DNA of 63,805 bases, counting the filler, from Octopus bimaculoides (Eukaryota): assembly GCF_001194135.2 (NCBI RefSeq). It is 5 parts of 5 records of this genome, joined end to end, with 100 filler letters (N's around TTAATTAATTAA, not from the genome) between each part and the next. Parts side by side here need not be neighbours in the genome. Positions count along the whole stretch, not along the records: positions 1 to 29,360 come from NC_068981.1; 4 more parts are not named here. One strand, given 5' to 3'. Shown here one piece after another: positions 12,990 through 25,843 of the stretch (the stretch's first letter is position 1; each line of letters starts with the position of its first letter). The notes below the pieces were generated by a model, which saw only the letters and a list, made by a program, of their open reading frames with translations, did no database searches and was not told the DNA's origin. Position numbers and translations under genes: made by a program.

Positions 12990-14410
12990 CAAACTTTAAA
13001 TGCAAACCAATCCTTTTCTATGGCCTCCCCAAAATCCACAATAGTCAAATAATTACTAATGCCCGCAAATCAAATCCAGATCTATACACAAATATCCCAA
13101 CACCAGAAGACTTAAAATTAAGGCCTATTATAGTAGGCCCAGCCTGTAAAACACACTGCCTAAACAACTTTCTGGACATATTATTGAAACCTTTCCTCAG
13201 AGACGATGTGGGCATGCTAAAACATCTACCAAAAACCACTGACGAAGAAGCACTATTAGTCTCCTTCGATGTCATCAGCCTCTACACTAACATTCCACAT
13301 GACTACGGAATAAAGGCAATAAAATTCTGGTTAGAAAAATACCCCAAAGTTCTGCTGGACTGCATAAACCAGACTTTTGTCATTGAATCCCTGAAGTTCA
13401 TCCTACAAAACAATTACTTCCTATTCAATGCTAATTATAGGTTTCTTTGAATCTACCCTATATGAACTTTCGCTCCAAAAACTTGGACTCCCATTCCGCC
13501 AGTATATAAGAGAAAACTGGAAAAGGTACCTAGACAATTGTTTTATCATCTGGAATGAAACTTATGATAAACTTCTGGATTTCAAATCCACACTGAACAA
13601 TATNNNNNNNNNNTGAAACTTATGATAAACTTCTGGATTTCAAATCCACACTGAACAATATAAACTCCAATATTCAATTTACAATGGAATATAGCAAGGA
13701 ACAGCTCCCATTTCTGGAGATTTTGATTATAAAAAAATCCAACAACCAAATTGCAACTGATATCTACTACAAACCAACAGATTCAAAACAGTATCTCCTT
13801 TTCAGTTCATGCCATCCTAAACATACCAAACTAAATATCCCATTCAATCTAGCAAAAAGGATTTGTACAATTGTATCTGACACAACCACTCAGGAACTTT
13901 GCCTACAAGACCTCAAAATATACTCATTGAACATCAATACCCACCTGCACTTATAGACCATGGAATTAAACGTGCCAAGAAATTGGACACAAACACACTA
14001 AGGACAACAAAACAAAACACCACACTTCATTTTAAATCACTCCCATACATATCAACCCACAACACCAGAAACAATGAAACATGCAACACAATTATACAAA
14101 ATCTCCCTCTGCTTACTCAAGACCCAAAAATGAACAACATCCTAAATACACATAAACTCCTCAAATGCAAAAGACAACACAAATCGCTCAAGAAACTCCT
14201 AACAAATGCAAAACTATACCCAATACATACGATACCATCAGTTAAAAAAATGCAGACGACCTTATTGTCGTACATTCCCATACCTAATTGAAGGCTCGGA
14301 ATTCACATTCCAGCAAGGAATGTGCTTCTCATAACCTTATCTATGTCCTAATCTGCTCAGGTTCTGGCCACAATTATATGGGCCAAAAGAGCCTTACTTT
14401 GAGACGCAGA
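12990..14410 (+). mobile_element. Decayed Penelope-like element (RT + GIY-YIG), truncated within the endonuclease
   Basis: FYGLPKIH, LKLRPII, LLVSFDVISLYTNIPHD, WKRYLDNCFIIW, LPFLEILI, IYYKPTDSKQYLLFSSCHPKH and NLIYVLICSGSGHNYMGQKS. The GTAMG motif region is deleted. Confidence 0.92.
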
Positions 14411-16447
14411 TCATTAATATGGTTAACAGTTTTATTCTTCGGGGCCAGAATAGCCCTTTGGCCAATCCAATCCATATTCTGATAATTTGCTTGGGGATCT
14501 GGGAACACTACATCCGTGAGATCAGAAGTCGTATTAACAATGGTACAAAGTGAATCGATGGCAATATTACCCTTTTCGTCGCAGGGAGTTTTGCCTTCGC
14601 CAAGTGCAAGGAGGATGTTAGAAAATTCGGCTGATGCTATGTCACCTCGCATATGAGCCCGCATGTTAGTGTTAAGTATGAGAGTCTTTACCAGGGGCCA
14701 CAATGTGGATGACTTAAGACACGCACGTACTGTATCAGATCTAGTTGAAGACGACTGTCACGGCTATGAATAAGTGTGTCTCGTTTATTGTGTTGTTCAC
14801 CATGGAGAAGTACAGCCATTTCATTGCACGAAGGAGCGTTATAACGGCGTGCGTGCTCCCCAGAAGGTCTCTTGTCAGCATCGATGACAATGGAGAAGTT
14901 TGGTGAAGGGGATGTTTGCAAGGTGTATTTAAAACTGCGAATATAGCTGTTGTGCTCATGAAGCATGTTTTGCAGACTGAGTAGAACATCCCTGTCAAAA
15001 GCGTCAGCGTCAGTGTTTGCAGGTGGTGGAATAACGCCGAAACGCACATCAAGTTGCCTGCTGTAGTTGGAAATGAAGTAAATTTGGAGGAAGGAAGGCT
15101 TGCAATTTTGTAGTGGCTGGAGCGACCCAATAAGATGGTACACCTGTCCCTGGACTTTGAAAGTAGGCATCCAACCACTGTCTGTGACAACGTTAGCCCC
15201 GAAAGAAGTAATCTGAAACGCACAATTGTAATTTCTGATGATTTGAAGGAATTTTGATGACCTTGAGGTAGAACCAGTAAGCAGTTCCTTCAAAGGCTGT
15301 GGCGGTTCTGGAAGAGGGGGCAAGCTGGCCTTACCATTTAAGCAGCACATTCCAGGTGTCTCCCCAGCCCACTTTTTAGCATTGCAGAATTGGCAATTGA
15401 AGCACATTTTCCCTATATTTACGTCAGTGCGGATGGAGTAATTAAAGTTTGGCTCATACTTGAAAGCCCGTAGGTGCCAGTAATGGCTGTTGGTACTTGT
15501 CACACTGCGGGCAGCTTCTTACTGTCGACTGTTCCGCTGCAACGTAGAACATAGCTGGTGTTGGTCATGTGAAGGTCTCACAGCGGTAGCAGAAGGCACA
15601 TTTGCAAATGATAATGGATAACTTGTGCTGCACGTAAGGTGCTCTGTGCAAGTCTAAAAGCAGTTTGGTCGGACAACTTGTTTGCTCTAATCGCCTTTAG
15701 CACCAGTGCTGACCCGGTATGGCGACTTGTCTTTTTCGGTGGCATTGAATGTCCGAAAGAAAGGGTGAAAGTACAGAGAAACTGTCTTGGAAAGTATGCG
15801 TAAAATTGAAGGGGGGAAAAGGTGATAAGAAATGGCAAATAAATAAATAAACTGACAGGTATTAGTACGTATGTGTGTATTTGTATGTATGTATGTATTA
15901 GTGTGTATTCTGTGTATATATATATATATATGTGTTAGTAAGTAAATGTGTTTTAAAAAGATTTTCAAGAAACTCACAGTTTGTAGGGAATAAATGTTTG
16001 ACTGTCGATCGTATTTGGAAAAGACTGACAGGTATTTGTATGTATGTGTTTATTTGTATGTATGGGTGTATTTGTACGTATGTATGTATGAGTGTCTATT
16101 CTATGTGTATATATATGGTAGTAAGTAAATGTGTGAAAAAAGATTTAAAAAAAACTCACAGTTTGTAGGGAATAAAAGTTTGTCGATTGTATTTATGTAT
16201 GTATGCCTGTATATATGGGTGATAATAGTTTCACTTTATTACAGTGAAACTATTAAAGTGAAACTGTTTGACATTACAATAGAGAGATGTTATTGTTTCA
16301 CTTTAGACACGTAATACTGCAATAGTGCTCGCACTAGGCAAGAAGTTAGAAAATATTTTTGGCCTAAAACATTACCTGGACCATAAGTAAGGCATGAGTA
16401 AAATTTGAATGAAATTGGTTGTGTAGTTCTCAAGTTTTAGGGATTCG
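14411..16447 (-). mobile_element. Internally deleted, 3'-truncated Helitron (N-terminal Rep region fused to a PIF1-like helicase segment, plus 5' non-coding region)
   Basis: MPPKK start at 15745. AFKYEPNFNY..IGKMCFNCQFCNAKKWAGETPGMCCLNGK..RNYNCAFQITSFG..FKVQGQVYHLIGSL..FLQIYF jumps near 14745 to TRSDTVRACLKSSTLWPLVKTLILNTNMR..LLALGEG..RAILAPKN. The 5' boundary is uncertain because of the gap. Confidence 0.88.
15938..16195. repeat. Imperfect direct duplication (about 75-bp core, about 183-bp period) in the Helitron 5' region
   Basis: gtaagtaaatgtgt..aaactcacagtttgtagggaataaa..gtcgat occurs near 15938 and 16121. Confidence 0.75.
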
Positions 16448-16890
16448 NNNNNNNNNNNNNNNNNNNNNNNNNNNNNNNNNNNNNNNNNNNNNNNNNNNNN
16501 NNNNNNNNNNNNNNNNNNNNNNNNNNNNNNNNNNNNNNNNNNNNNNNCATACACATACACACACACAGGCGATAGGACTCATAACGTAAGATCGCCCACA
16601 CACTTGCACAAACATAGATAGATAGATTGATAGGTATAGATATATATATAGTTAGATATATACATACAAACGCATATAAATATATAAACAAACATATTTA
16701 TATACAAACATACACATACATAGACATATATGAACATACACATATATAGACATATATAAGAACATACAGATATATAGACATATATAAGAACATATATATA
16801 GACATATATATGAACATAGATATATATATACATATATATATACACGTACACATATATAGACATATATATGAACATACACATATATATACA

Positions 16891-17048
16891 TATAAAGTTA
16901 AATTAAATATAGAGATATTCTATTGACAATCCAATAATTTATTTGTATTGCAATATTATATTTAATACTATGAATCTAATATATAACATAATATAAAGAA
17001 GTTTTTGGATTGTCAATAGAATATCTCTATATTTTATTTAGCTTTATA
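16891..17048. repeat. 158-bp inverted-repeat element: 44-bp arms (2 mismatches, inner 30 bp perfect) and a 70-bp AT-rich spacer; MITE-like
   Basis: aaatatagagatattctattgacaatccaa (16905-16934) is the exact reverse complement of 17005-17034. Confidence 0.8.
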
Positions 17049-17215
17049 ACTGAATTATACCATTTCTTATATCGTATCCAACTGAAGTCCCAGTAAATTA
17101 GATGTTTAACACACCCCTTTGAAGGATTTTTTTCCTCAGTTTGTTAATTCATATATATACATAAAAACACATATATACATGAAAAAAATATATATGCATA
17201 CACACACACGCACAC

Positions 17216-17264
<49 letters not shown>

Positions 17265-17769
17265 CACACACACACACACACACACTNNNNNNNNNNTATA
17301 TATATATATATATATAATACACACACACACACACACACACTCAACAGACACCTTTCAGTTTCTGCACTGGTTGACCTCATGCTACTGTATCAACCTGAAT
17401 TGCTGCACATCTAGGCTGAAATGAAAGCCACATGTTTGTGAGATAAACTTCTTAACTACACTGCCATGCCTGCACTTATACAGTTTAATTCTTGAAATTT
17501 CTTGACTTAATTTTTTTTTTAAGAATACCAAATATAGTTTGATCTTTGTTCCTTACATGATTTCATATGATTCTTAAAATATCTTTATGGCATTACATAC
17601 TCTCATGTGATTTCAACAGTTTCATAATCATTACTAGGCTCAACTGCATCACAGAAATAAATGATCAGTTGATCCATAGTTTATGCTGTATGAGAAAACA
17701 TATTCAGTCTTATTAATTTCGTCATAGTAATTATTGTTATAAAATGCAGCAAGTTTGTAGAATCATAAG

Positions 17770-17945
17770 CACATTGGACAAAATGTGTAGTAGAGTTTCT
17801 TCCAGCTCTTTATGTTCTGAGTTCAAATCCTACCAAGGTCAACTGTGCCTTTCATTCATTCAGGGTCAATAGAATAAAGTACTAGTCAAGTATTGAAACT
17901 GATGTAATCACCTCATCCTCTACCTTTAAAATTTCCAGCCTTGAG
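17770..17945 (+). mobile_element. Degraded SINE family A
   Basis: gttctgagttcaaatcctaccaaggtcaactgtgcctttcat matches the family-A B-box region. Confidence 0.65.
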
Positions 17946-20033
17946 TCCTACAACAGACTGACATCCTGTTCAAAAAGGACATTATCTTGGTCATTAATAT
18001 GCCATAGAAACTAGGTAGTGAGTCTTATGAGTCCTGGGACTCAAAAAAATTGTAATTATTGCCTTATAAACATTAGAAATATCCTTTATGGTCCAAGACA
18101 AACTAAGCTTACAATAAAATTCCATTTTCTTCAAAAATTCTATATCTCTTTAACTGAAATAATCATATAGTCAGATAGTTATTCTTTCCTTTCCTTTGTT
18201 TCACTGAAGATAAAACACTGTCCAGGAAAACCAGAAGGTTATGAAAAGGCTGATATAGATATCAAACATTAATCTTTAGAAGATTTTGCATGCAGACAGT
18301 AATACAGGAATAACAATTACACACAACTAATTCAATAACCACTAATTAATGGAGCCCACTAGAAATATCAAACAAGATAAACTGTTACATGAGGATAAAA
18401 TGAAATAGTAATTTAAAGAAGTTAAAATAATTGATATTACTGTTATTTCACTTACATTATGTTTTTCAATTACAATGGGACTTTCATATAAAAAAAAATC
18501 TTGAAGCAAATACACAGCTGAAAGGTGAATAAATAGCAAAAATCAAACAGATATGAATTCATGAAATTGAATGGTAGGCCTCATATGCCATATGGTTTAA
18601 AATTACTACCTGCTCTTTGGGTACCCAAGGTTAACTCTGTTGCAAGCATTTGAACTTCCACACCACTCACATTTTTCATATAGACCTTGACCTGCAGATG
18701 TTTAAGTTGTACCAATCTCATCTGACTGGGAACCCTTCAATAATCATGTGCAATGCATTTCCTCTACTGATGAACTTATGAAAAGAAGCTGATTTCCTTG
18801 CAATGTTATATAAAAACAAGTCAATAACCATCAACATAATAATAACTTTTTTCTGATTGGTAGGAAAATGAGTTGAACTTGCATCACAACAGATCACCTT
18901 CTCCAACTACAACGGTTCAACTCTGAACTTCAAATGTCAGTTAAGATGTCATTATTACATAAACTATGGTTGTTCTGCTTTCTGTTTACACCATAGAGAG
19001 TAGCATTAGGTGATCTGTTTTCTAAGAACTAAAATGATATTAAGTGCCAAGAAAGCAATGCATACAGCTCATCTCACAGATGAAAATATTTTTTTAAGGG
19101 CATAAAGAAACTTATATGAAGCTGAACCAAGAAATGGAAAAACAAGGGGTCTATGTTCGAAAATTATGAATACATAACTGTAACAACCATATTGTTGTTG
19201 TAATAAATGCTCTTTTAAAATAATTAATGAAAATGAAAGTATCATCGAACACTGCTCATTTAGAACTCAGCCACACTTTTTGAAAATGCTACAAGCATTA
19301 ACTTCAAATTCCATGGACAATATACCACAGGCTTTTCTATCAGTTCTCTATCTCTTAAGTTAGTTGCCTTCACCAAAGCTTAACAGCTTTGAGTCCAACC
19401 CACCCTGATGGGCTAAATGTATTCCTGGGTACCAAACCAGAAATTTCTAAGTCCTAACACATATTTTTATGTATGTGTATTTGGTGAATGTCTGCATTAA
19501 TAAATAGGAAAAGTACTCAATCTAGAGTGTATATATTTTTATATTTTAATACAATCTTGATGCACAATGAACCAAATATATCTTGATGATTTTTGGAATA
19601 GTTTTTCATATGTATTGTCATACTGCTGTTTTGTCCATTAATTGTGTGAACAATCAAAAATAGGAAATTTAGGAATCACAATTTAAGAAGCTTCGGTTTC
19701 TAATAAAATAAGACACACATACACACAAAATATATATATATATATTGTACAGTAAGAACTATTGATTGTACAACCAACCAAAGGTCTACATCATGTACAT
19801 ATATAGTAAACTGGAAAGTCTCACCTGTCAAAACAGATATCCTAGTCTTTTTCCACCCAAATAATGCAAACCAGAGAAGGTTAGAGTTAGTCAAAGGTTG
19901 TTTCTTAGTGTGCCATCAGTGTTATTTGCCACCTCTAAACCAGAAACTACAAGTGAAGCAATAACCAAAGAACAACAAAAGTGGTGCAGTTGGTCTAGGA
20001 GACGAGCAAGCAAGCAGTGCTGGTTTTGGAAAT

Positions 20034-20035
<2 letters not shown>

Positions 20036-20085
<50 letters not shown>

Positions 20086-20086
20086 C
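20036..20086. repeat. (AAT)n microsatellite at the 5' flank of a Dong-like element
   Basis: Direct; further (AAT)n runs lie at 20806-20832 and 21146-21178. Confidence 0.95.
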
Positions 20087-20094
20087 AAGCTCTC

Positions 20095-20805
20095 AGAACA
20101 ATCTCCTCTAAATATCCCAATGATAAAAGCACTGACTCGCTACAGTGTAGGATGTGCTCTGAGAAGGGAGAAAGTATAAGCCATATTTGTTAGTAAGTGC
20201 TGTAAGCTTGCACAACGCAAATACAAAAGGAGACACGACAATGTGGCCAGATATGTCCACTGGTTGTTGTGCAGTAAAGCAAACCTCGAGAGAGTCAAAC
20301 AATGATATGAACACAAGCCAGAGGGAGTAATGGAAAATGAACATTACAAAATACTCTGGGATTTTAACATGCAATGCGACCAAGTCATTGAGGCGTGACG
20401 ACCAGATATTGTGCTCATCCATAAAGATGAAAAGGAAGTAAAGATAATAGATGTTGCAATACCAGGTGATTCGAGGGTGAAATGTAAGGAAACAGAACAG
20501 ATTGAGAAATATCAGCTACTGCAGGATGAGATAGGAAAGTTATGGGGCATTTGATACCAGGGGTAATTGGAACATTAAGAGCAGTTTCCAAGGGCTTTGA
20601 AAAACATATTAAGAATATTGGAGCTGCTGTCAGGCTTGAGGTGATCCAAAAGACAATATTGTTGGGAACAGATTGCATTCTAAGGAGAGTATTGTGTCTT
20701 TGAGTCGCTGAAGAAGGCGCTACTTGAAACGTTTGGTGATTTGCTATTGCCTGCTTTCAAGTAAAGAATAGCCAGTAATTAAGAGTCCAAGAGTCTTTCA
20801 AAATA
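20095..20805 (+). mobile_element. R4/Dong-clade non-LTR element, 3' fragment (CCHC zinc knuckle + restriction-like endonuclease)
   Basis: CRMCSEKGESISHI..SKCCKLAQRKYKRRHDNVARYVHW..KILWDFNMQCDQVIEA*RPDIVLI..KIIDVAIPGD..KETEQIEKYQLL..VIGTL..LEVIQKTILLGT..ILRRVL*; flanked by (AAT)n. Confidence 0.9.
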
Positions 20806-20832
20806 ACAATAATAATAATAATAATAATAATA

Positions 20833-21145
20833 AAGGTTGTGCCAGTAATCACTGGTGCATTGAGAACTGTAAGTAAAGATATAGACAAATGGTTCAAAGA
20901 GATTAGAATAGAATGTCCTAAAGAGCTTCTACATAAAGTTTGCTTCAAAGGGACAGGAAAGACTATCAAGAGGATCTTAAGCACTTGAAAGATTATTGAA
21001 AGCTTGTGGATACCTAAGGCTACACGTAGTAACCTGCTACCCATATAAATTCTATCAGGAATAAGAAAACTTGTTATCTCTTGAGGTCTCTGGGTGAGAT
21101 TTGGAATCATCTTGTACAAATACAAAGTAAAAGTCAGACATGTGA
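20833..21145 (+). mobile_element. Second, divergent Dong-like 3' tip inserted in (AAT)n
   Basis: KVVPVITGALRTVSKDIDKWFKEIRIECPKELLHKVCFKGTGKTIKRILST*, then a UTR and (AAT)n. Confidence 0.8.
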
Positions 21146-21146
21146 C

Positions 21147-21179
<33 letters not shown>

Positions 21180-22161
21180 CATGGGAAATTATTATCAATA
21201 CCTAGGCTATTGAAAAGGTGCAAAGCAGAGCAGAAGTAAATAATAAATTAGGTCTTCATTTACAATTTTAAAAATTATTATTATTGTTTCTCAAATATAT
21301 TTCTCAAAAGTGATATTTTTCAGGCTTTAGCCTGAAAAATTAATTCCATCAACTTCCATATTTCAATATTCAGCATTTAAATGCAGTTTATTACTTTCTT
21401 TTAACTCTTCAAACTATCTGCGAAAAATACAAAATGTGAATGGGTTAAAAAGAAAAATGATTTTAAAAATTTTCTTTTCAAGATTATCATTTCCATTTCT
21501 TTTTGCCTTTTCATTAACTCATTCTGATCAATAATCCTTGTGGTGCCATTCTTAGTAATTAGAAGAAAGATTCAATAGAACCTAGGCACATCAATATGCA
21601 AGACACCAGAAATGGCTAGGTATGATAACGTAGAGTTCACAGTGACGTAAACAACAATGAAGTTATCATATGTTGGTAGGATACTGTAGATATGTAAGTA
21701 CCAAATCCAATTTAAACCATAGATCTGGCTCTGGAGTTGGTTCCAGGTGTGGCATAAGTATAAAAAGAGAACACAAATGGCATTTAAAATTTACAACAGC
21801 TGTTTCAGTAGAATTTTATTGATGTATTCAAAGATTACATCATAACATATAACGCCCCCATCTTCAGGTAAAATTTTAAATAGGTAAGATGTCAAGCAGG
21901 TGAGATTTCACACATCAAACATGATAAATTCAAACAAAATAAAATAGAATGCTGGTTCACATTCATGATGTTTGAACCTGGAAATGAAAATCACTTTACA
22001 TTAGAATAGTTTTGAAGAGACATTAGTTCAAACTTAGCTGTCACAAGGGAGCTTCAAACTAAAGATGTTAAAATAAAATGTCAATAAATGGAAAATTTAT
22101 GAAACCATACACATTTATTGAAGTGTTCATTATATCCTACATAGATCTGTATACACAATAC

Positions 22162-22220
<59 letters not shown>

Positions 22221-22966
22221 NNNNNNNNNNNNNNNNNNNNNNNNNNNNNNNNNNNNNNNNNNNNNNNNNNNNNNNNNNNNNNNNNNNNNNNNNNNNNNNN
22301 NNNNNNNNNNNNNNNNNNNNNNNNNNNNNNNNNNNNNNNNNNNNNNNNNNNNNNNNNNNNNNNNNNNNNNNNNNNNNNNNNNNNNNNNNNNNNNNNNNNN
22401 NNNNNNNNNNNNNNNNNNNNNNNNNNNNNNNNNNNNNNNNNNNNNNNNNNNNNNNNNNNNNNNNNNNNNNNNNNNNNNNNNNNNNNNNNNNNNNNNNNNN
22501 NNNNNNNNNNNNNNNNNNNNNNNNNNNNNNNNNNNNNNNNNNNNNNNNNNNNNNNNNNNNNNNNNNNNNNNNNNNNNNNNNNNNNNNNNNNNNNNNNNNN
22601 NNNNNNNNNNNNNNNNNNNNNNNNNNNNNNNNNNNNNNNNNNNNNNNNNNNNNNNNNNNNNNNNNNNNNNNNNNNNNNNNNNNNNNNNNNNNNNNNNNNN
22701 NNNNNNNNNNNNNNNNNNNNNNNNNNNNNNNNNNNNNNNNNNNNNNNNNNNNNNNNNNNNNNNNNNNNNNNNNNNNNNNNNNNNNNNNNNNNNNNNNNNN
22801 NNNNNNNNNNNNNNNNNNNNNNNNNNNNNNNNNNNNNNNNNNNNNNNNNNNNNNNNNNNNNNNNNNNNNNNNNNNNNNNNNNNNNNNNNNNNNNNNNNNN
22901 NNNNNNNNNNNNNNNNNNNNNNNNNNNNNNNNNNNNNNNNNNNNNNNNNNNNNNNNNNNNNNNNNN

Positions 22967-23070
22967 CCAGTCAGGTGGTACTGGCAACGGCCACGCTCGA
23001 AATGGTGTATTTTATGTGCCACCCGCACAAGAGCCAGTCCAGGGGCACTGGCAACGATCTCGCTCGAAAA
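22967..23070 (-). mobile_element. RTE 3' UTR tandem-module fragment after a gap
   Basis: Shares gtactggcaacggcca.gctc..atggtg.tttt.atgtg.cacc.gcaca with 11170-11240. Confidence 0.7.
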
Positions 23071-24180
23071 TATAAAGTCTTATTTAAAAAAAAAAATCAG
23101 TGAGTTCATAATCAAATATCCTAAATGAACGATACTTCCCACTTCACAGTCGAGTGGTCAACAGAAAGAAGGAAGCTCATATTGATCCAAATGGAAAAAA
23201 AATTGCTCCAACAAACGAAACCAGTAAACAAGGGAATATCAAACAATAAGGAAACAAAAAGATAAGGAAACTTCAGTGAAGCTAGGGGTTGATCCCTGCA
23301 ACTTAGGGGTTGTATTTGAAATCCACCTACTTCATTGCCAAATGAAAAAAAGACATGATGACAATGATGATGATAATGATAAAGACAAAGTTGGTAATGG
23401 TGACAATGAAGATGAAGATAATGAAGCAATAACTCTAAATTTCTAATTTAGCAATAATTACTTTAAAATCAAGAATATAATCTAATTTCAAGAAAATCTA
23501 CAAAACTACTTGTAGTAACTGAAAGTGTAATATATAATTATGCTATGGTTTTAATGCTTTCAATATTCCTTGCTTTGTAGCTGTAATAAATCTCATTAAG
23601 ACTTCAGAATTATTTAAACAGCATGTGCTATTCAAAACTTTACACAAGTAACAACTTCAAAACAACTCAAAACGCTAAATGACTGACATCACTTTATATA
23701 CTAAATATTTTTTGATTTTCATTCAAAATATAAACCTATATTACTCATGTTTTTCACTCCCATTGATTATTTTCCAACTACAGAGAAAAACACAGCGACA
23801 TTATTAAAAAGAAATTTCAATATACTTTGTATAATATATTTTCGATTTCAAAAGTAAATATAGCTAATATTAAGAATCAGAAATGCAACAACAGATGCTA
23901 CATGCAAATAGTGATACAAAAGTTTAAATTTTAAACCAATAATAGTATAAAATGAAAATACCTAAAAATTAAAATAAGATACTATAAAATAAAGTTAAAA
24001 TTTTCATATAAATCAACATCATCATCATCATCATCATAATCTGAAAAGGAATTCTTAAAGTATTAGAATATCAAAAAAGAAAAAAATGCTTAATCAAACA
24101 TTAAAAAAAATTAGATAATCAAATAGGAATTTAGGTTTTCTTAAAATACATACAAAAGAGAAAAAACTGAATATTTTTAC

Positions 24181-24279
24181 CTGTGGTCATTTCTGGACTC
24201 CATTCTTGTTCCCCTGTAACTCCCCACATATACGTTCGATATGGTTCCCGAGAGGACTGACTACGAGATAAGTATTTGT
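24181..24279 (-). CDS. Candidate 99-nt symmetric exon (phase 1-1; KYLSRSQSSREPYRTYMWGVTGEQEWSPEMTT)
   Basis: ttattattttacag|...CCACAG|gtaaaa; a GC-richer island in about 75% AT sequence, open in phase 1. Confidence 0.6.
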
Positions 24280-24424
24280 CTGTAAAATAATAACAACATA
24301 TATACCATCACAAATTTTACTTCCTAAGTGTAACTTAATAATATTTCTGTTAGTGGAGGTTTCATTGTTTCTTCCAAAGATCAAACCACATGATAACAGT
24401 GTAAAAAGCTGTCATACCTCAAAT

Positions 24425-24630
24425 TTTGGCACAAGGCCAGCAATTTCAGGTGAAGGGGCAAGTCGATCACATCAACCCCAGTGTTTAACTGGTATTTATT
24501 TAATTGATCCCCAAAGAGATGAAAGGTAAAGTCGACCTCAGCAAAATTCAAACTTAGAACATAACGAAAGATGAAATGCCGCTAAGCATTTTGTTTGGCA
24601 ATGCTAACAATTCTACCAGCTCACCACCTT
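24425..24630 (-). mobile_element. SINE family A copy with heavy CpG decay
   Basis: Aligns by eye to the 34266 and 47605 copies, with CG to CA/TG changes. Confidence 0.8.
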
Positions 24631-24814
24631 ATAGTAGTGAAATATTAGCAATAAATGTAGAAAATCTGAAACAATAATAAATATTCAATGCCTAAGAACT
24701 CAAACAATTACAAAAGCACAAAAGTACGCATAAAATACTCAGCTATTGAAATTGAGGGTCTAAATTCCAAAAGTTTTATCAGCAATCCTTTACCCATGTT
24801 TCATAGATAACATT

Positions 24815-24970
24815 GTTGGCACTCCGTCACTTACGTCGAGGGTTCCAGTTGATCCAATCAACAGAACAGCCTGCTTGTGAAATTAATGTGCAAATGGCTG
24901 AGCACTCCACAGACACGATCCTATGACCGTGAGTCCGCTGCCCTAACCATTGGGCCATTGCGCCTCCACA
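24815..24970 (-). mobile_element. Internally deleted SINE family C (tRNA-like head fused directly to the 3' body)
   Basis: The reverse complement reads gtggaggcgcaatggcccaatggttagggcagcggactcacggtcataggatcg|tgtctgtggagtgctcagcc; compare the full copy at 42429-42795. Confidence 0.8.
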
Positions 24971-25286
24971 TAGATAACATTAAAGAAATAATTATAAGTT
25001 ACCGGAAAAATAATTGAACTGATTCACTACAATGGGAGACTGAAGACAATCCTCCAGTGTTCTCTTAGCAAAATGAAACTGAAGCCACCAGCTATATACT
25101 GTCACACACTCACACTGACTTTTTGGCAATGTTAAAAACATATACACACATAAATCAATGAGGTGGTTTCTTAATTAAGTAACAAGGTTAAACTAATTAT
25201 CTAAACTAGTTCTATGCCAAAGATTTTATGTTCATGTGATTCAGTACAACTTGAAAACTGTAAAATGAAAAAAAATATATACTTAC

Positions 25287-25379
25287 GTTGCTCACTAGAT
25301 TGAGAGAGGCAGCTATTGGTCATAGCCCAACCAAAATTATGACTAGGAGAATTAGATTTACTGCATGGCAACTGATCAT
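25287..25379 (-). CDS. Candidate 93-nt symmetric exon (phase 1-1; DQLPCSKSNSPSHNFGWAMTNSCLSQSSEQ)
   Basis: aattcttattcag|...GAGCAAC|gtaagt (consensus donor); open in phase 1. Confidence 0.6.
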
Positions 25380-25843
25380 CTGAATAAGAATTTCCTAAAA
25401 TATATCCAACTCTTGTAGCCTCCAGACTTGATGGTGAATTTTATGAAAAAAAAAAATAAACATCTTAGTAGTTAACTTACTAAATTGTAATTTCCTACTT
25501 GAAAAAAATGATATGTAAGTAGAAAATCAATTACAATAGAAAGAAGTTTACTTTCTACCTCATTCCAACTTACAGCTATGGAAAATGGGTTTAATATTGC
25601 TTCCCCTTAAAGAATCTCAAAAGTTTGTGCTATGAATCTCTGAGAAAAGACAATTTTGTTCTTGATGGATAACTATGTTTCTAACATGATGAAATCTTAG
25701 AGTTCAAGGTAGAGAAAGCATCAACATTTTGTTGTTCTTAATCAATGAGCTAAATAAATAACATTAAATGAAATAAAAATAATATCAACATCATTTCTGT
25801 TTTAATGCCCTGAGATACAGAAACAAAACTGGTCGAATCTCAC

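Noticed and set aside
13556-13660. 48-bp tandem duplication inside the Penelope RT
   Set aside because: It sits exactly on both sides of a 10-N gap, so it is an unmerged contig overlap.
21490-21790. A roughly 75-codon stop-free stretch on the minus strand (..WNQLQSQIYGLNWIWYLHIYS..)
   Set aside because: No start codon, no matching splice sites and no recognisable motif.
25574-25639. Strong-looking minus-strand exon (ttttctcag|...|gtaagt); similar cases at about 17596-17680 and 34012-34110
   Set aside because: Stops in all three frames; pseudo-exon or non-coding at best.
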